DNA of 64,000 nt from Ignisphaera sp. (GTDB lineage: Archaea > Thermoproteota > Thermoprotei_A > Sulfolobales > Ignisphaeraceae), in the NCBI GenBank assembly GCA_038821645.1, contig JAWBDT010000004.1, positions 1 to 64,000 of the forward strand, read 5' to 3'. The first letter of the stretch is position 1; every line of letters begins with the position of its first letter. Below are positions 50,982 through 60,114 of the stretch, piece after piece. The notes under the pieces were generated by a model. It made no database searches and was not told where the DNA came from. It saw only the letters and a list, made by a program, of their open reading frames with translations. The position numbers were made by a program, and so were the translations under genes.

Positions 50982-52211
50982 TTAGCTGGATGAATCAAAT
51001 AGGTAGTACTTCTGAGGGTTAGTCAATCCGAAAGCAATAGAAGCCTTACTATCATCTACATATGACCTCAATAAACTATACATTTTTTTAATTATCGATG
51101 CCTCTATTCTTACATATCTATCTATATAGTCTAGCGGTATGGGTACAGAGTTATGGGATGTGTTATAGACAATATGATTCAATACTTTATCAAGCAAATT
51201 CTTGGGATATACATCAAGTCTAATAGCTTGTGGATATAGTGCATCATTAGCTTGGCGATAAAATACTACAGATGTATTATCCATATAGTTGCAGAGCTCG
51301 GTAACAAGTTCTTCATTGCTTTTGCTACATTCATCTAGTTTTTCTAGTATCTTCTCTACCTTCTTAGCCACGTATCTAGGAGAGGATCTATATAGGTAGG
51401 ATAGATATTCTTTAAGAGTATTGAGGTAACTATCTAGAACTAGATACTCTCTAGGCTCTAGTGTATAGCTCATTAAGAATTTGTCGTTTGTTTTTCTGAG
51501 AATATCTTCGATATCTGTTAGCCCGAGCTTTGCGATACGGGGTAGAAGAAATCTACTTGAAACTCTTTTCACAACACCTACAACAGGTATACCTAATTCT
51601 CTTGCTTTTCTTAGAAACTTTATGAGAATAGCTGAAGCTATAGAAGCTAGCTTAGTTCCCGAGGTTAGGGTTCTAGCTCTAGCTGTATCAACTACTTCTA
51701 TAGGGCTAAAGAACTCTGGTATTGTTGAAAAGTATAGAGAGCCATCGAGTATAACCATATCGATATCTCTTCCAATTTTCTTGAGAGCTGTACTGAATTC
51801 CATAATCTTTGCCTCTAGCTCTACATCTATATCGAATCTAGCTTCATCATCTCCATAGCTTCTCCTTAAAGCAACTGATGAAATTCCGTAAGGACCTATA
51901 CCCATAGGCGTTGTTACTACATAACCGGCTATAATTATAGCCATTCTCCCTATGATTAGATCTATAGAAGGTCTAGACCATGTGCTATCGACAGCTAGTA
52001 TCGATACAAAATCTTCACATGTTTCTCCAACCCTCATTATATCGAGCTGGTTTCTTATCTTATCTCGAAACACTATGAGTGGCTCTACATAACGCTTAAT
52101 AATATCTTCTCCAGCTCTCTTGATTATACTGGTTATTACTGTTAAGAGCTCTAGATTCTCTTCACCTGATTCAATATCGTCAGATGTGATTGGATAATCT
52201 TTAGGATACAT
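50982..52211 (-). CDS. NurA-domain nuclease
   Basis: LAVDST, ILDGSL, VGVVKR, PIPLDYIDRYVRI; overlaps the end of the HerA gene. Confidence 0.82.
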   Translation of the reverse strand: MYPKDYPITSDDIESGEENLELLTVITSIIKRAGEDIIKRYVEPLIVFRDKIRNQLDIMRVGETCEDFVSILAVDSTWSRPSIDLIIGRMAIIIAGYVVTTPMGIGPYGISSVALRRSYGDDEARFDIDVELEAKIMEFSTALKKIGRDIDMVILDGSLYFSTIPEFFSPIEVVDTARARTLTSGTKLASIASAILIKFLRKARELGIPVVGVVKRVSSRFLLPRIAKLGLTDIEDILRKTNDKFLMSYTLEPREYLVLDSYLNTLKEYLSYLYRSSPRYVAKKVEKILEKLDECSKSNEELVTELCNYMDNTSVVFYRQANDALYPQAIRLDVYPKNLLDKVLNHIVYNTSHNSVPIPLDYIDRYVRIEASIIKKMYSLLRSYVDDSKASIAFGLTNPQKYYLFDSSS

Positions 52212-53769
52212 CTTTAACCCTTACAAGTATAGGTCTTCTTAACGGATTTCCAAGACCTGTGAAGAAGAATTCTCTACTTTCTAGTGTAGGAAGTGTGTAT
52301 TCGATGTATTGTACATTTTCTAACCAGTTCTTGAGTTCTGCATAATCTCCAGATGATTGTAGTCTTGAGAAGAATACTGTATTTATGTTTCCACGTATCT
52401 CTGGAGCCAAGTCTATAACTCTTTGTGAAGAAAGTATGAGGCCAAATCCCCATTTTCTTCCTTCTCTAGCCACTCTAGCTATTATCCCTTTAGCTGGTTC
52501 ACATCCATAGGTACAACAGTAGTTGTGTGCTTCATCTATTACAGCAATTATCTCGTTATCTCTATGGAGCTTGTCGCTAACGATTCTATCCCATATGTAT
52601 TTCATAAACTGATACACAATATTCTTTTTCGCTATATATTCCATCTCTGAAGATAGATCAACTATAACTACTTTTTTCCTAGATGAGAAAAGTCTAGATA
52701 CAATTTCTTCTACATCAATAGTCCTACTATTTAGATATGTCTCGAAGAACTTCTTACCAACTCTAGTAGTAAGTAGCAACTTTATTTTCTCTATGGTATA
52801 TTCCTTGCCTCCCATAGATCTTATATAGCTATATAGGCTCTCTAGATACTCGCTAAAACTCCATGTAAATCTACCTTCTCTTGATAAATGTTTGTATATT
52901 GGTATCAATGTCTCTGAATCGTATCTAGAGGTATGTGAGGATATGTAGTTCTGTCTTCTGCCATTCTCTTGGATAGCCACTCTATTTTGCTTCTCTACTA
53001 CTCTCCTTATGTACTCAACAATAGAACCATAGATATAATCTCCATGATACTCAGATATCCCTAAATCCTCAAGTAGTATTTGTGCTACAACATCTGGATC
53101 TAGTATTACTCTAGATGCATCTACAACCTCTATACTGTTGATGCTCCATCTCGATTTATCTACATAGTCGATACCTGTATGATCGAATACAATAACGCTA
53201 TAGTTGGTTACCTTAATGATCTCTTCAATAATTCCTTTAACAAGTCTCGATTTACCTGTACCCGTAGCTCCTAAAACAGCTATATGATATCTTAAAGAAC
53301 TAGGATTGAGGTGTATTGCCATAGATGAAAACTTGTGTATCCCTACTAGAAGACCATTTTCAATCTTGAGTATGCTGCGAAGTGCTTCACCATCAATAAC
53401 AACATAAACATAGCTACCTGGGCGAGGTATAGATAGATTTTGCTCAATACCTCTACACGTGATCTCCCCTATTATCTCTAAATAATTCATCATCATTGGT
53501 GCAGAATACGTATGTGTTTTCTCTGGTTCAAAAGATGATGGTAGAGTTGAGGCATCGAGAGCTAGATCTTTCTTTACTGAACTCTTGAAGATCCCTAGAT
53601 ACCTCTTAGCTTCAGTAACATCATCAATTATTCCTAGCATTTCATCGCGAACAAAATCTATAGAATCTCTAGATATCCTCACTGGAACTAGCGAGGCTCT
53701 AGAGCCTGATACAACAGTACCGATTAATCTGCAGAAATCCTTAGGCCGCCAATCCATACATTTTTCCAC
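52201..53769 (-). CDS. HerA/FtsK-family ATPase (HAS-barrel N-terminus)
   Basis: HIAVLGATGTGKS, VFDHTG, IDEAHNY, AREGRKWG, SSQR. Confidence 0.9.
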   Translation of the reverse strand: MEKCMDWRPKDFCRLIGTVVSGSRASLVPVRISRDSIDFVRDEMLGIIDDVTEAKRYLGIFKSSVKKDLALDASTLPSSFEPEKTHTYSAPMMMNYLEIIGEITCRGIEQNLSIPRPGSYVYVVIDGEALRSILKIENGLLVGIHKFSSMAIHLNPSSLRYHIAVLGATGTGKSRLVKGIIEEIIKVTNYSVIVFDHTGIDYVDKSRWSINSIEVVDASRVILDPDVVAQILLEDLGISEYHGDYIYGSIVEYIRRVVEKQNRVAIQENGRRQNYISSHTSRYDSETLIPIYKHLSREGRFTWSFSEYLESLYSYIRSMGGKEYTIEKIKLLLTTRVGKKFFETYLNSRTIDVEEIVSRLFSSRKKVVIVDLSSEMEYIAKKNIVYQFMKYIWDRIVSDKLHRDNEIIAVIDEAHNYCCTYGCEPAKGIIARVAREGRKWGFGLILSSQRVIDLAPEIRGNINTVFFSRLQSSGDYAELKNWLENVQYIEYTLPTLESREFFFTGLGNPLRRPILVRVKDVS

Positions 53770-54233
53770 ATTGCCACCTCGGATCTATTGTAGAGTTTGT
53801 GAACGATATAAGTACAGAGAGTTTGACAAAACTATTTAGATACCCAAGAGCTCTTGGATAAGAAGTCCTAAGCATAATATTGATGAAAGTAACTCGGAGA
53901 AGCAATAAGCTGTAGTTGTGGTAAAGATAATGCTGTAAACTAGAGTGTTTTGGATAGATATATCAGTATAGAGAAATAAATTCTCTAAGATATGAAACAT
54001 CATGTATTGTAAAAAGAAAAAGAATAAGAAGATACATAAATAGGTTTGTGAGATATTTGATATATATTATAATGAGGATGAATTCACTAAAGTAGAGATT
54101 ATGTAGAGAAAATCTAGCATCTAGCGTTAGTACTGATTCATAGATCTGGAGATACATTAAGTTCTGTACTTAACATCTTTGAATAACGAAGTATTCACCA
54201 TATTTATACTCTGCTTCTATATGGGTATAGAAT

Positions 54234-54347
54234 ATGTATATATGCAGAAGATGTGGAAGAATATTCAGAAGTAGAAGAGCATACATAATGCATTTGATTA
54301 TGGGTATAGAGGGAGGTTCTGGTATTAGTAAGAGGAAAAAGAAGTAG
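54234..54347 (+). CDS. Small C2H2-like zinc-finger protein (37 aa)
   Basis: MYICRRCGRIFRSRRAYIMHLIMGIEGGSGISKRKKK; TATA-like TTTATAC about 25 nt upstream. Confidence 0.65.
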   Translation: MYICRRCGRIFRSRRAYIMHLIMGIEGGSGISKRKKK

Positions 54348-54389
54348 AGTCATTGAAACGATTTCTATCAATTGAAAATATCTAGATTG

Positions 54390-54440
54390 TCAGTGATCGA
54401 GGGCTACATCATGGATTCAGGCAAACCCCATCTTCATCAT
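54390..54440 (-). ncRNA. C/D-box guide sRNA, probably targeting 16S rRNA
   Basis: ATGATGA-AGATGGGGTTTGC-CTGA-ATCC-ATGATGT-AGCCCTCGATCA-CTGA; TTAATAA upstream. Confidence 0.85.
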
Positions 54441-54646
54441 TGAAGGATCTCCTGGATATACACTCTTATTAAGGTTATGTTTAGTAAAATTTTTAAGTCG
54501 TAGCTATAGCATGACTTGGATCAGAGGTGGTTTTGTTGAGCCAATGGAGATAAACTGTATAGATGTAGATGCAGCAATATGCATGTTCTCTATAGAGCTT
54601 CTATTCGGTAAAGCAGATGTAATGAATATTCCTAAAGGTGATTCTA

Positions 54647-55954
54647 ATGCCTGACAGCTGGATCTGGAATCCTTCAATAGAGTGTATGAATAAAAATGAT
54701 TTAGCTGAGCTTCAGCTAAAGAGATTAAAGATGCAGGTTCATCGTCTATTCAGTACAGTTGGATACTATCGTAGGAAGATGAAGGAGTTGGGTGTTTCTC
54801 CAGATGATATAAAGTCTCTCGACGATTTAAAGAAGCTACCATTTACAACAAAAGATGATCTAAGACAACTACAACCTTTTGACCATATGGTTGTGTCTCT
54901 AGAAGAAGTTGTAGAAGTTCATGGAACTTCTGGAACAACTGGTGAACCAGTATTTATGTACTATACAGCTCGCGATATAGAGAACTGGAGCGAAGTAATG
55001 GCTAGGTCTCTAGCTTCAGCAGGTTTAACCAAAAAAGATATACTACAGATAACACCAAGCTTTAGCCTCTTCACAGGAGGTTTTGGATTCTTCTACGGAG
55101 CTAGAAAGATAGGTGCATTCATAATTCCAACAGGTCCTGGATTTTCACGTAGACAAATATATGTTATGATGAAGCTCGGCACAACAATGATTGCAGGTGT
55201 AGCTAATTATGCTCTTAGGCTTGCTGAAGTTGCATATGAAATGGGTATAGATCCTGCAAAAGACACAAAAGTAAGAAAAGGTGTTTTTGGTGCAGAAATG
55301 TGGAGTGATAGTCTTAGGAAAAAGATAGAGAAGATATGGGATATGGAGACATTTGATATATATGGTATGGCTGAGCTCTACGGACCTGGTACAGCTATTG
55401 ATTGTCAATACCATTCAGGTCTTCATGTTTGGGAGGATCATTACTTGATTGAGGTTATTGATCCTAAAACAGGTGAACCTTTAGAACCAGAAGAAAAAGG
55501 AGAACTAGTGGTAACAACATTAACTAAAGATGCAGTACCATTGATAAGATATAGAACAAGAGATATAACAAGAATACTAGACACAAAAACATGTAGCTGT
55601 GGAAGAACACATATAAAAATAGATAGAATACAAGGAAGAACAGACGACATGTTCATAATAAACGGAGTAAACATATGGCCATCAGCAATAGAAACTGTAC
55701 TATTTAAGTATCCTCTCATAGGTAATGAATATCAGATAATTGTTAAGAAAACTAATGGTGGCGATAAATTGTTGATAAAGGTTGAGTCTATTAGAAATCT
55801 TACAGAGCAAGAAAAAGAGGTGTTAAGTAAAAAGCTTCAGTACGAAATTAAGGAAACAATACTAGTTACACCAGATATCGAGATTGTAGATCCAAATACC
55901 TTACCCAGAAGTGAGGGTAAGGCTAAAAGACTCTACATAATTGAAGAAAGCTAG
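54647..55954 (+). CDS. paaK: Phenylacetate-CoA ligase family protein (copy 1)
   Basis: LPFTTKDDLR, HGTSGTTGEP, YGMAE, PLIRYRTRD, GRTDDM. Confidence 0.9.
   Translation: MPDSWIWNPSIECMNKNDLAELQLKRLKMQVHRLFSTVGYYRRKMKELGVSPDDIKSLDDLKKLPFTTKDDLRQLQPFDHMVVSLEEVVEVHGTSGTTGEPVFMYYTARDIENWSEVMARSLASAGLTKKDILQITPSFSLFTGGFGFFYGARKIGAFIIPTGPGFSRRQIYVMMKLGTTMIAGVANYALRLAEVAYEMGIDPAKDTKVRKGVFGAEMWSDSLRKKIEKIWDMETFDIYGMAELYGPGTAIDCQYHSGLHVWEDHYLIEVIDPKTGEPLEPEEKGELVVTTLTKDAVPLIRYRTRDITRILDTKTCSCGRTHIKIDRIQGRTDDMFIINGVNIWPSAIETVLFKYPLIGNEYQIIVKKTNGGDKLLIKVESIRNLTEQEKEVLSKKLQYEIKETILVTPDIEIVDPNTLPRSEGKAKRLYIIEES
54764..54865. repeat. Identical inverted tract A (102 bp), partner 59538-59639
   Basis: Base-by-base reverse-complement comparison of the two paaK copies. 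Confidence 0.9.
55211..55281. repeat. Identical inverted tract B (71 bp), partner 59122-59192
   Basis: Base-by-base reverse-complement comparison. Confidence 0.9.
55415..55692. repeat. Identical inverted tract C (278 bp), partner 58711-58988
   Basis: Base-by-base reverse-complement comparison; also visible as near-identical antisense ORFs in the track. Confidence 0.92.
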
Positions 55955-55987
55955 CATTAGAAATGCATTCAATCATTTGTATGATAG

Positions 55988-56599
55988 CTATAGAGATATA
56001 CAGTTACTTATATAATTTTTTCTATTGAGTTTTTCTAGAGCTTGTCTATATCCTGCAGTTAATGCAAATCTATTTGTTTTACCCAAGATATGCTCAACAA
56101 CATCTTCAACAATCTCTATTGGTATTATGCTCGATATCTCTTGAAAAGCTAAAAGTGCTCCAAGCATGATCATGTTAATTGTTCTTGTATCACCTATCTC
56201 ATTGATGATATCTTGTGTATCTATAGTTAAAATATTTATTGGTGATTTAGAGAGAACATCTAGTATCTGTTTTTTTGTAGGTATATTCTCTACACCTGGT
56301 GGAGGTAGATATAGATCGCTTAAGATCATCCAGCCGCATTTCTTGAGATAACGAATAGCTCTAAGAGCCTCAATCATTTCGAGAGCAACAACATAATCTG
56401 CTGATGCTATAGGTATGAGTGGAGCCTCTATATCGCCTATCCTAACAAAAACCTCTACTGATCCTCCTCTCTGTGCCATTCCATGGGTTTCAGCAATCTT
56501 AATGTTTACACCTAGCTTAGTACATGCATCACCTATAACAATACCCATAGTTATTATTCCTTGTCCACCTACTCCAGATAATACGATATCTATCTTCAT
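55988..56599 (-). CDS. iorB: Indolepyruvate:ferredoxin oxidoreductase beta subunit
   Basis: SGVGGQG, AETHGMAQRGGSV, NMIMLGA. Confidence 0.93.
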   Translation of the reverse strand: MKIDIVLSGVGGQGIITMGIVIGDACTKLGVNIKIAETHGMAQRGGSVEVFVRIGDIEAPLIPIASADYVVALEMIEALRAIRYLKKCGWMILSDLYLPPPGVENIPTKKQILDVLSKSPINILTIDTQDIINEIGDTRTINMIMLGALLAFQEISSIIPIEIVEDVVEHILGKTNRFALTAGYRQALEKLNRKNYISNCISL

Positions 56600-58452
56600 T
56601 CCTTCTTCACCATAGCTTTAACAGGACATATCTGTGCACATATGCCACATCCACGACATAGAGATTCAACTATATATGGTTTAGTATCTCCTAAAACAAT
56701 AGCTGGACAAGCAAGCGATTTTACACACAATAGACATCCAATGCATTTATTTGAATCTATAGTATAGCGATTCTTTATGAGACCTAACCGTAGTGCAAGT
56801 AATGAACATATTCTTCTTGAAACTAGTAAAGCTACACCTCCATCCATGACAATTCTAAGACCTTTCACTAGAGTTTCTATAGCTTTGGTTATATCGTATG
56901 GATCGAATACATCAACATAGTCTACACCAGTAGCTTTAGCTATTTCCTCTATACTGATTTTTCTTCCCTGAAGACCTCTAGCAGTTACACCTGTACCTGG
57001 ATGAGGTTGAAAACCAGTCATAGCTGTTGTCTCGTTATCTAGAACTAATATAAGCATTGGGGATCTATTGTACACAGCATTTATCATAGGTGCTACACCT
57101 GCATGAAAGAATGTAGAATCTCCAAGTATTGCTACAACAGGTCTATCTCTAACGGTATGGGAAAACCCATTGGCTAGACCTATACTTCCACCCATATTTA
57201 TTATTGTGTCTTGCATTCTATATGGAGGTGCTATTCCTAGGCTATAGCATCCTATGTCTCCAGTATAAATGGGGTCTACACCAAGTTTTCTAGAGGCAAG
57301 TTTTAAAGCATAGAATGTAGCTCTATGAGGACAACCAGGACAGAGTACTGGAGGTCTAGGTGGAATCTCAATGTGTATCTCGATGGGTTTCGGTGGACTC
57401 CATTCGAGACCGCATAGCTTAGCTATAGCTTGAGCTACTCTATCTATTGTTAACTCACCTATCCTACCGATTAGATCTTCTCCGTGAATCTCCACATGGA
57501 TATCCATATCGAACAATATGTTCTTCAGCTGCATCTCGACTATAGGATCTGTCTCTTCCACCACTAGAATCTTCTCAACACCTTCAACAGCTTTTGCAAC
57601 CAGCTTATTTGGTAGAGGTACAGGTGTTGAAATCTTCAGAATCCTTGCCTTTACTTTAAGAAGCTTCAATGCGTCTCTTGAGTAAGCATAACCTACACCA
57701 GAAGCAACAACAAGAAGTTTTCCATCACCTTCAATTCTATTGTATTGAATATCAGCTAACACCTCGGCAAGCTCTCTCCATTTCCTAACCAACTCTATCT
57801 TCATCTTTCTTGCATGAGCTGGTATTACAGCCCATCTCTCTGGTTCTCGTGGAAATGATCCTGAAACTCGAGGAGTTCTTAGAGAGCCAAGTTTTACTGG
57901 AGCTCTAGTGTGGCTGACTCTAGTTACAGATCTAAGAATAAATGGATGAAGAAACTTTTCCGAAAGCTCTAGACCTAGATACGTAAGCTCTTTAGCTTCT
58001 TGAGGATCAGAAGGCTCTAGAACAGGTATATATGCATGAAGACCATACCATCTATTGTCTTGCTCATTTTGACTACTATGCATATAAGGATCATCAGCTG
58101 AAACTATCAGAAAACCAGCTTTAACCCCAGTATATGCGCTAGACATAAGAGGATCAGAAGCTACATTAAGACCTACGTGTTTCATAGCTGTTAAACTTGG
58201 GACACCACTCATAGCAGCAGCATACGCTAACTCAAAAGCTGTTTTCTCATTTATGCTCCACTCAACATAGATACCCAACTCATTAGCTACTTCAGCAAGA
58301 GTACCTATAATTTCACTTGATGGTGTACCTGGATATGCTGCAGCTACACCTATGCCATACTCTATAGCACCTCTAGCTATAGCCTCATTACCTAGAAGAA
58401 AAACAGTAGTGCCAGACTCACCTAAAATCCTATGGACATGTTTAGCCATCAA
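56596..58452 (-). CDS. iorA: Indolepyruvate:ferredoxin oxidoreductase alpha subunit
   Basis: LLGNEAIARG, YPGTPSSEI, MKHVGLNVA, CPGCPH, GDIGCY, GDSTFFH, C-terminal ferredoxin motifs. Confidence 0.96.
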   Translation of the reverse strand: MMAKHVHRILGESGTTVFLLGNEAIARGAIEYGIGVAAAYPGTPSSEIIGTLAEVANELGIYVEWSINEKTAFELAYAAAMSGVPSLTAMKHVGLNVASDPLMSSAYTGVKAGFLIVSADDPYMHSSQNEQDNRWYGLHAYIPVLEPSDPQEAKELTYLGLELSEKFLHPFILRSVTRVSHTRAPVKLGSLRTPRVSGSFPREPERWAVIPAHARKMKIELVRKWRELAEVLADIQYNRIEGDGKLLVVASGVGYAYSRDALKLLKVKARILKISTPVPLPNKLVAKAVEGVEKILVVEETDPIVEMQLKNILFDMDIHVEIHGEDLIGRIGELTIDRVAQAIAKLCGLEWSPPKPIEIHIEIPPRPPVLCPGCPHRATFYALKLASRKLGVDPIYTGDIGCYSLGIAPPYRMQDTIINMGGSIGLANGFSHTVRDRPVVAILGDSTFFHAGVAPMINAVYNRSPMLILVLDNETTAMTGFQPHPGTGVTARGLQGRKISIEEIAKATGVDYVDVFDPYDITKAIETLVKGLRIVMDGGVALLVSRRICSLLALRLGLIKNRYTIDSNKCIGCLLCVKSLACPAIVLGDTKPYIVESLCRGCGICAQICPVKAMVKKE

Positions 58453-59753
58453 ATAGACCTCTTATCTATAACAACCTTGGGCTTTCCATCAAATCTAGGT
58501 AGAGAACCAGGCTCAACAATCCTAACTATAGGTGTAACTATTATTGTTTCCCTCAAATCTCTCTGAAGCTTTTTCTCTAAAGCTTCTCTCTCACTATCGC
58601 TCAACTTCTTTATAGCTTCTACAATCACAGTCATTTTATCTAGAGCATCTTCTCTTTCAAGAACTATTTGGTAAAATGGTGCGATCATTGGCTCTCTCAA
58701 AATGACTTCCTCTATTGCTGATGGCCATATGTTTACTCCGTTTATTATGAACATGTCGTCTGTTCTTCCTTGTATTCTATCTATTTTTATATGTGTTCTT
58801 CCACAGCTACATGTTTTTGTGTCTAGTATTCTTGTTATATCTCTTGTTCTATATCTTATCAATGGTACTGCATCTTTAGTTAATGTTGTTACCACTAGTT
58901 CTCCTTTTTCTTCTGGTTCTAAAGGTTCACCTGTTTTAGGATCAATAACCTCAATCAAGTAATGATCCTCCCAAACATGAAGACCTGATTTAAATAGACA
59001 TTCACATGCAACTCCAGGTCCATAGAGTTCACTCATACCATACATATCATAGGCATCCATTTCCCAAACCTTCTCTATTCTTGCTCTCATTTCTTCACTC
59101 CAAGGAGCTGCACCAAACATTCCTTTTCTTACTTTTGTGTCTTTTGCAGGATCTATACCCATTTCATATGCAACTTCAGCAAGCCTAAGAGCGTAGTTCG
59201 GTACAGAAGTGAGCATGGTTACTCCTAGATCCTTTATCATCATTATTTGGCGTTGCGAATAACCTACACCTGCTGGTATAGCTGTAGCACCAATCTTTAT
59301 AGCGCCATAGTGAAAACCTAGTCCTCCAGTAAACATATGGTAGTTGTATGCTATAAACACAACATCGTGTTTCGTTACATTTATAGCCGTTAAACTTCTA
59401 GCCATCAAATCACTCCAATTCTCTAAATCTTTTCTTGTGTAGAATGAGAGTGTAGGCTTACCTGTCGTTCCACTACTTCCATGAACTTCAACAACCTCAG
59501 ATAAATCAACCATCAATATACCGTAAGGATAGTTCTCTCTTAGATCATCTTTTGTTGTAAATGGTAGCTTCTTTAAATCGTCGAGAGACTTTATATCATC
59601 TGGAGAAACACCCAACTCCTTCATCTTCCTACGATAGTAGTAACTTCCTTCATACATTCTAATTAACTGGTTCTTCAATCTCTTTAGCTGTAGTTCTTTT
59701 AGGTCACTACGCTGGATACGTTCTAGACTAGGGTTCCACATAGGGATATCCAT
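58449..59753 (-). CDS. paaK: Phenylacetate-CoA ligase family protein (copy 2)
   Basis: HGSSGTTGKP, FTGGLG, YGMSE, PLIRYRTRD; first gene of a paaK-iorA-iorB operon. Confidence 0.92.
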   Translation of the reverse strand: MDIPMWNPSLERIQRSDLKELQLKRLKNQLIRMYEGSYYYRRKMKELGVSPDDIKSLDDLKKLPFTTKDDLRENYPYGILMVDLSEVVEVHGSSGTTGKPTLSFYTRKDLENWSDLMARSLTAINVTKHDVVFIAYNYHMFTGGLGFHYGAIKIGATAIPAGVGYSQRQIMMIKDLGVTMLTSVPNYALRLAEVAYEMGIDPAKDTKVRKGMFGAAPWSEEMRARIEKVWEMDAYDMYGMSELYGPGVACECLFKSGLHVWEDHYLIEVIDPKTGEPLEPEEKGELVVTTLTKDAVPLIRYRTRDITRILDTKTCSCGRTHIKIDRIQGRTDDMFIINGVNIWPSAIEEVILREPMIAPFYQIVLEREDALDKMTVIVEAIKKLSDSEREALEKKLQRDLRETIIVTPIVRIVEPGSLPRFDGKPKVVIDKRSI

Positions 59754-60114
59754 ATAGAATCACCTTTAAGAGAAGAGATCTATATAGAATTCAGCAAATG
59801 TGACACATATGTGGTGAAACTCTCTAGAGGAGGTTTCAATTTTTTTCTTCAACACAACTTTTGTTGATTTACTTTCGTGTAATTCATTTATATTTGTTCT
59901 TATTTGAACAATAATTAACACCAAAAACTTACATTATGTTTAAAGGGGTTTAAAAGGTTTATTTCTGTAAACACTTGTTGATTAAGAATATTATATCACA
60001 AATAATCTGCATAAGGTCAAGAAATTGATATATTTAGCGATACAAAATTTTGCAAACTTAAGAAGTAGCTACATAGTCATATACTTTAACAACTCTAAAA
60101 GTATTCATCTTCAG

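Noticed and set aside
53963-54157. 64-aa minus-strand ORF (and similar 49254-49451, 36612-36794)
   Set aside because: Low-complexity AT-rich intergenic translations with no SD or recognisable motif
59800-59850. Hairpin plus T-run upstream of paaK copy 2
   Set aside because: Imperfect stem with no plus-strand gene ending there; cannot be supported as a terminator or riboswitch
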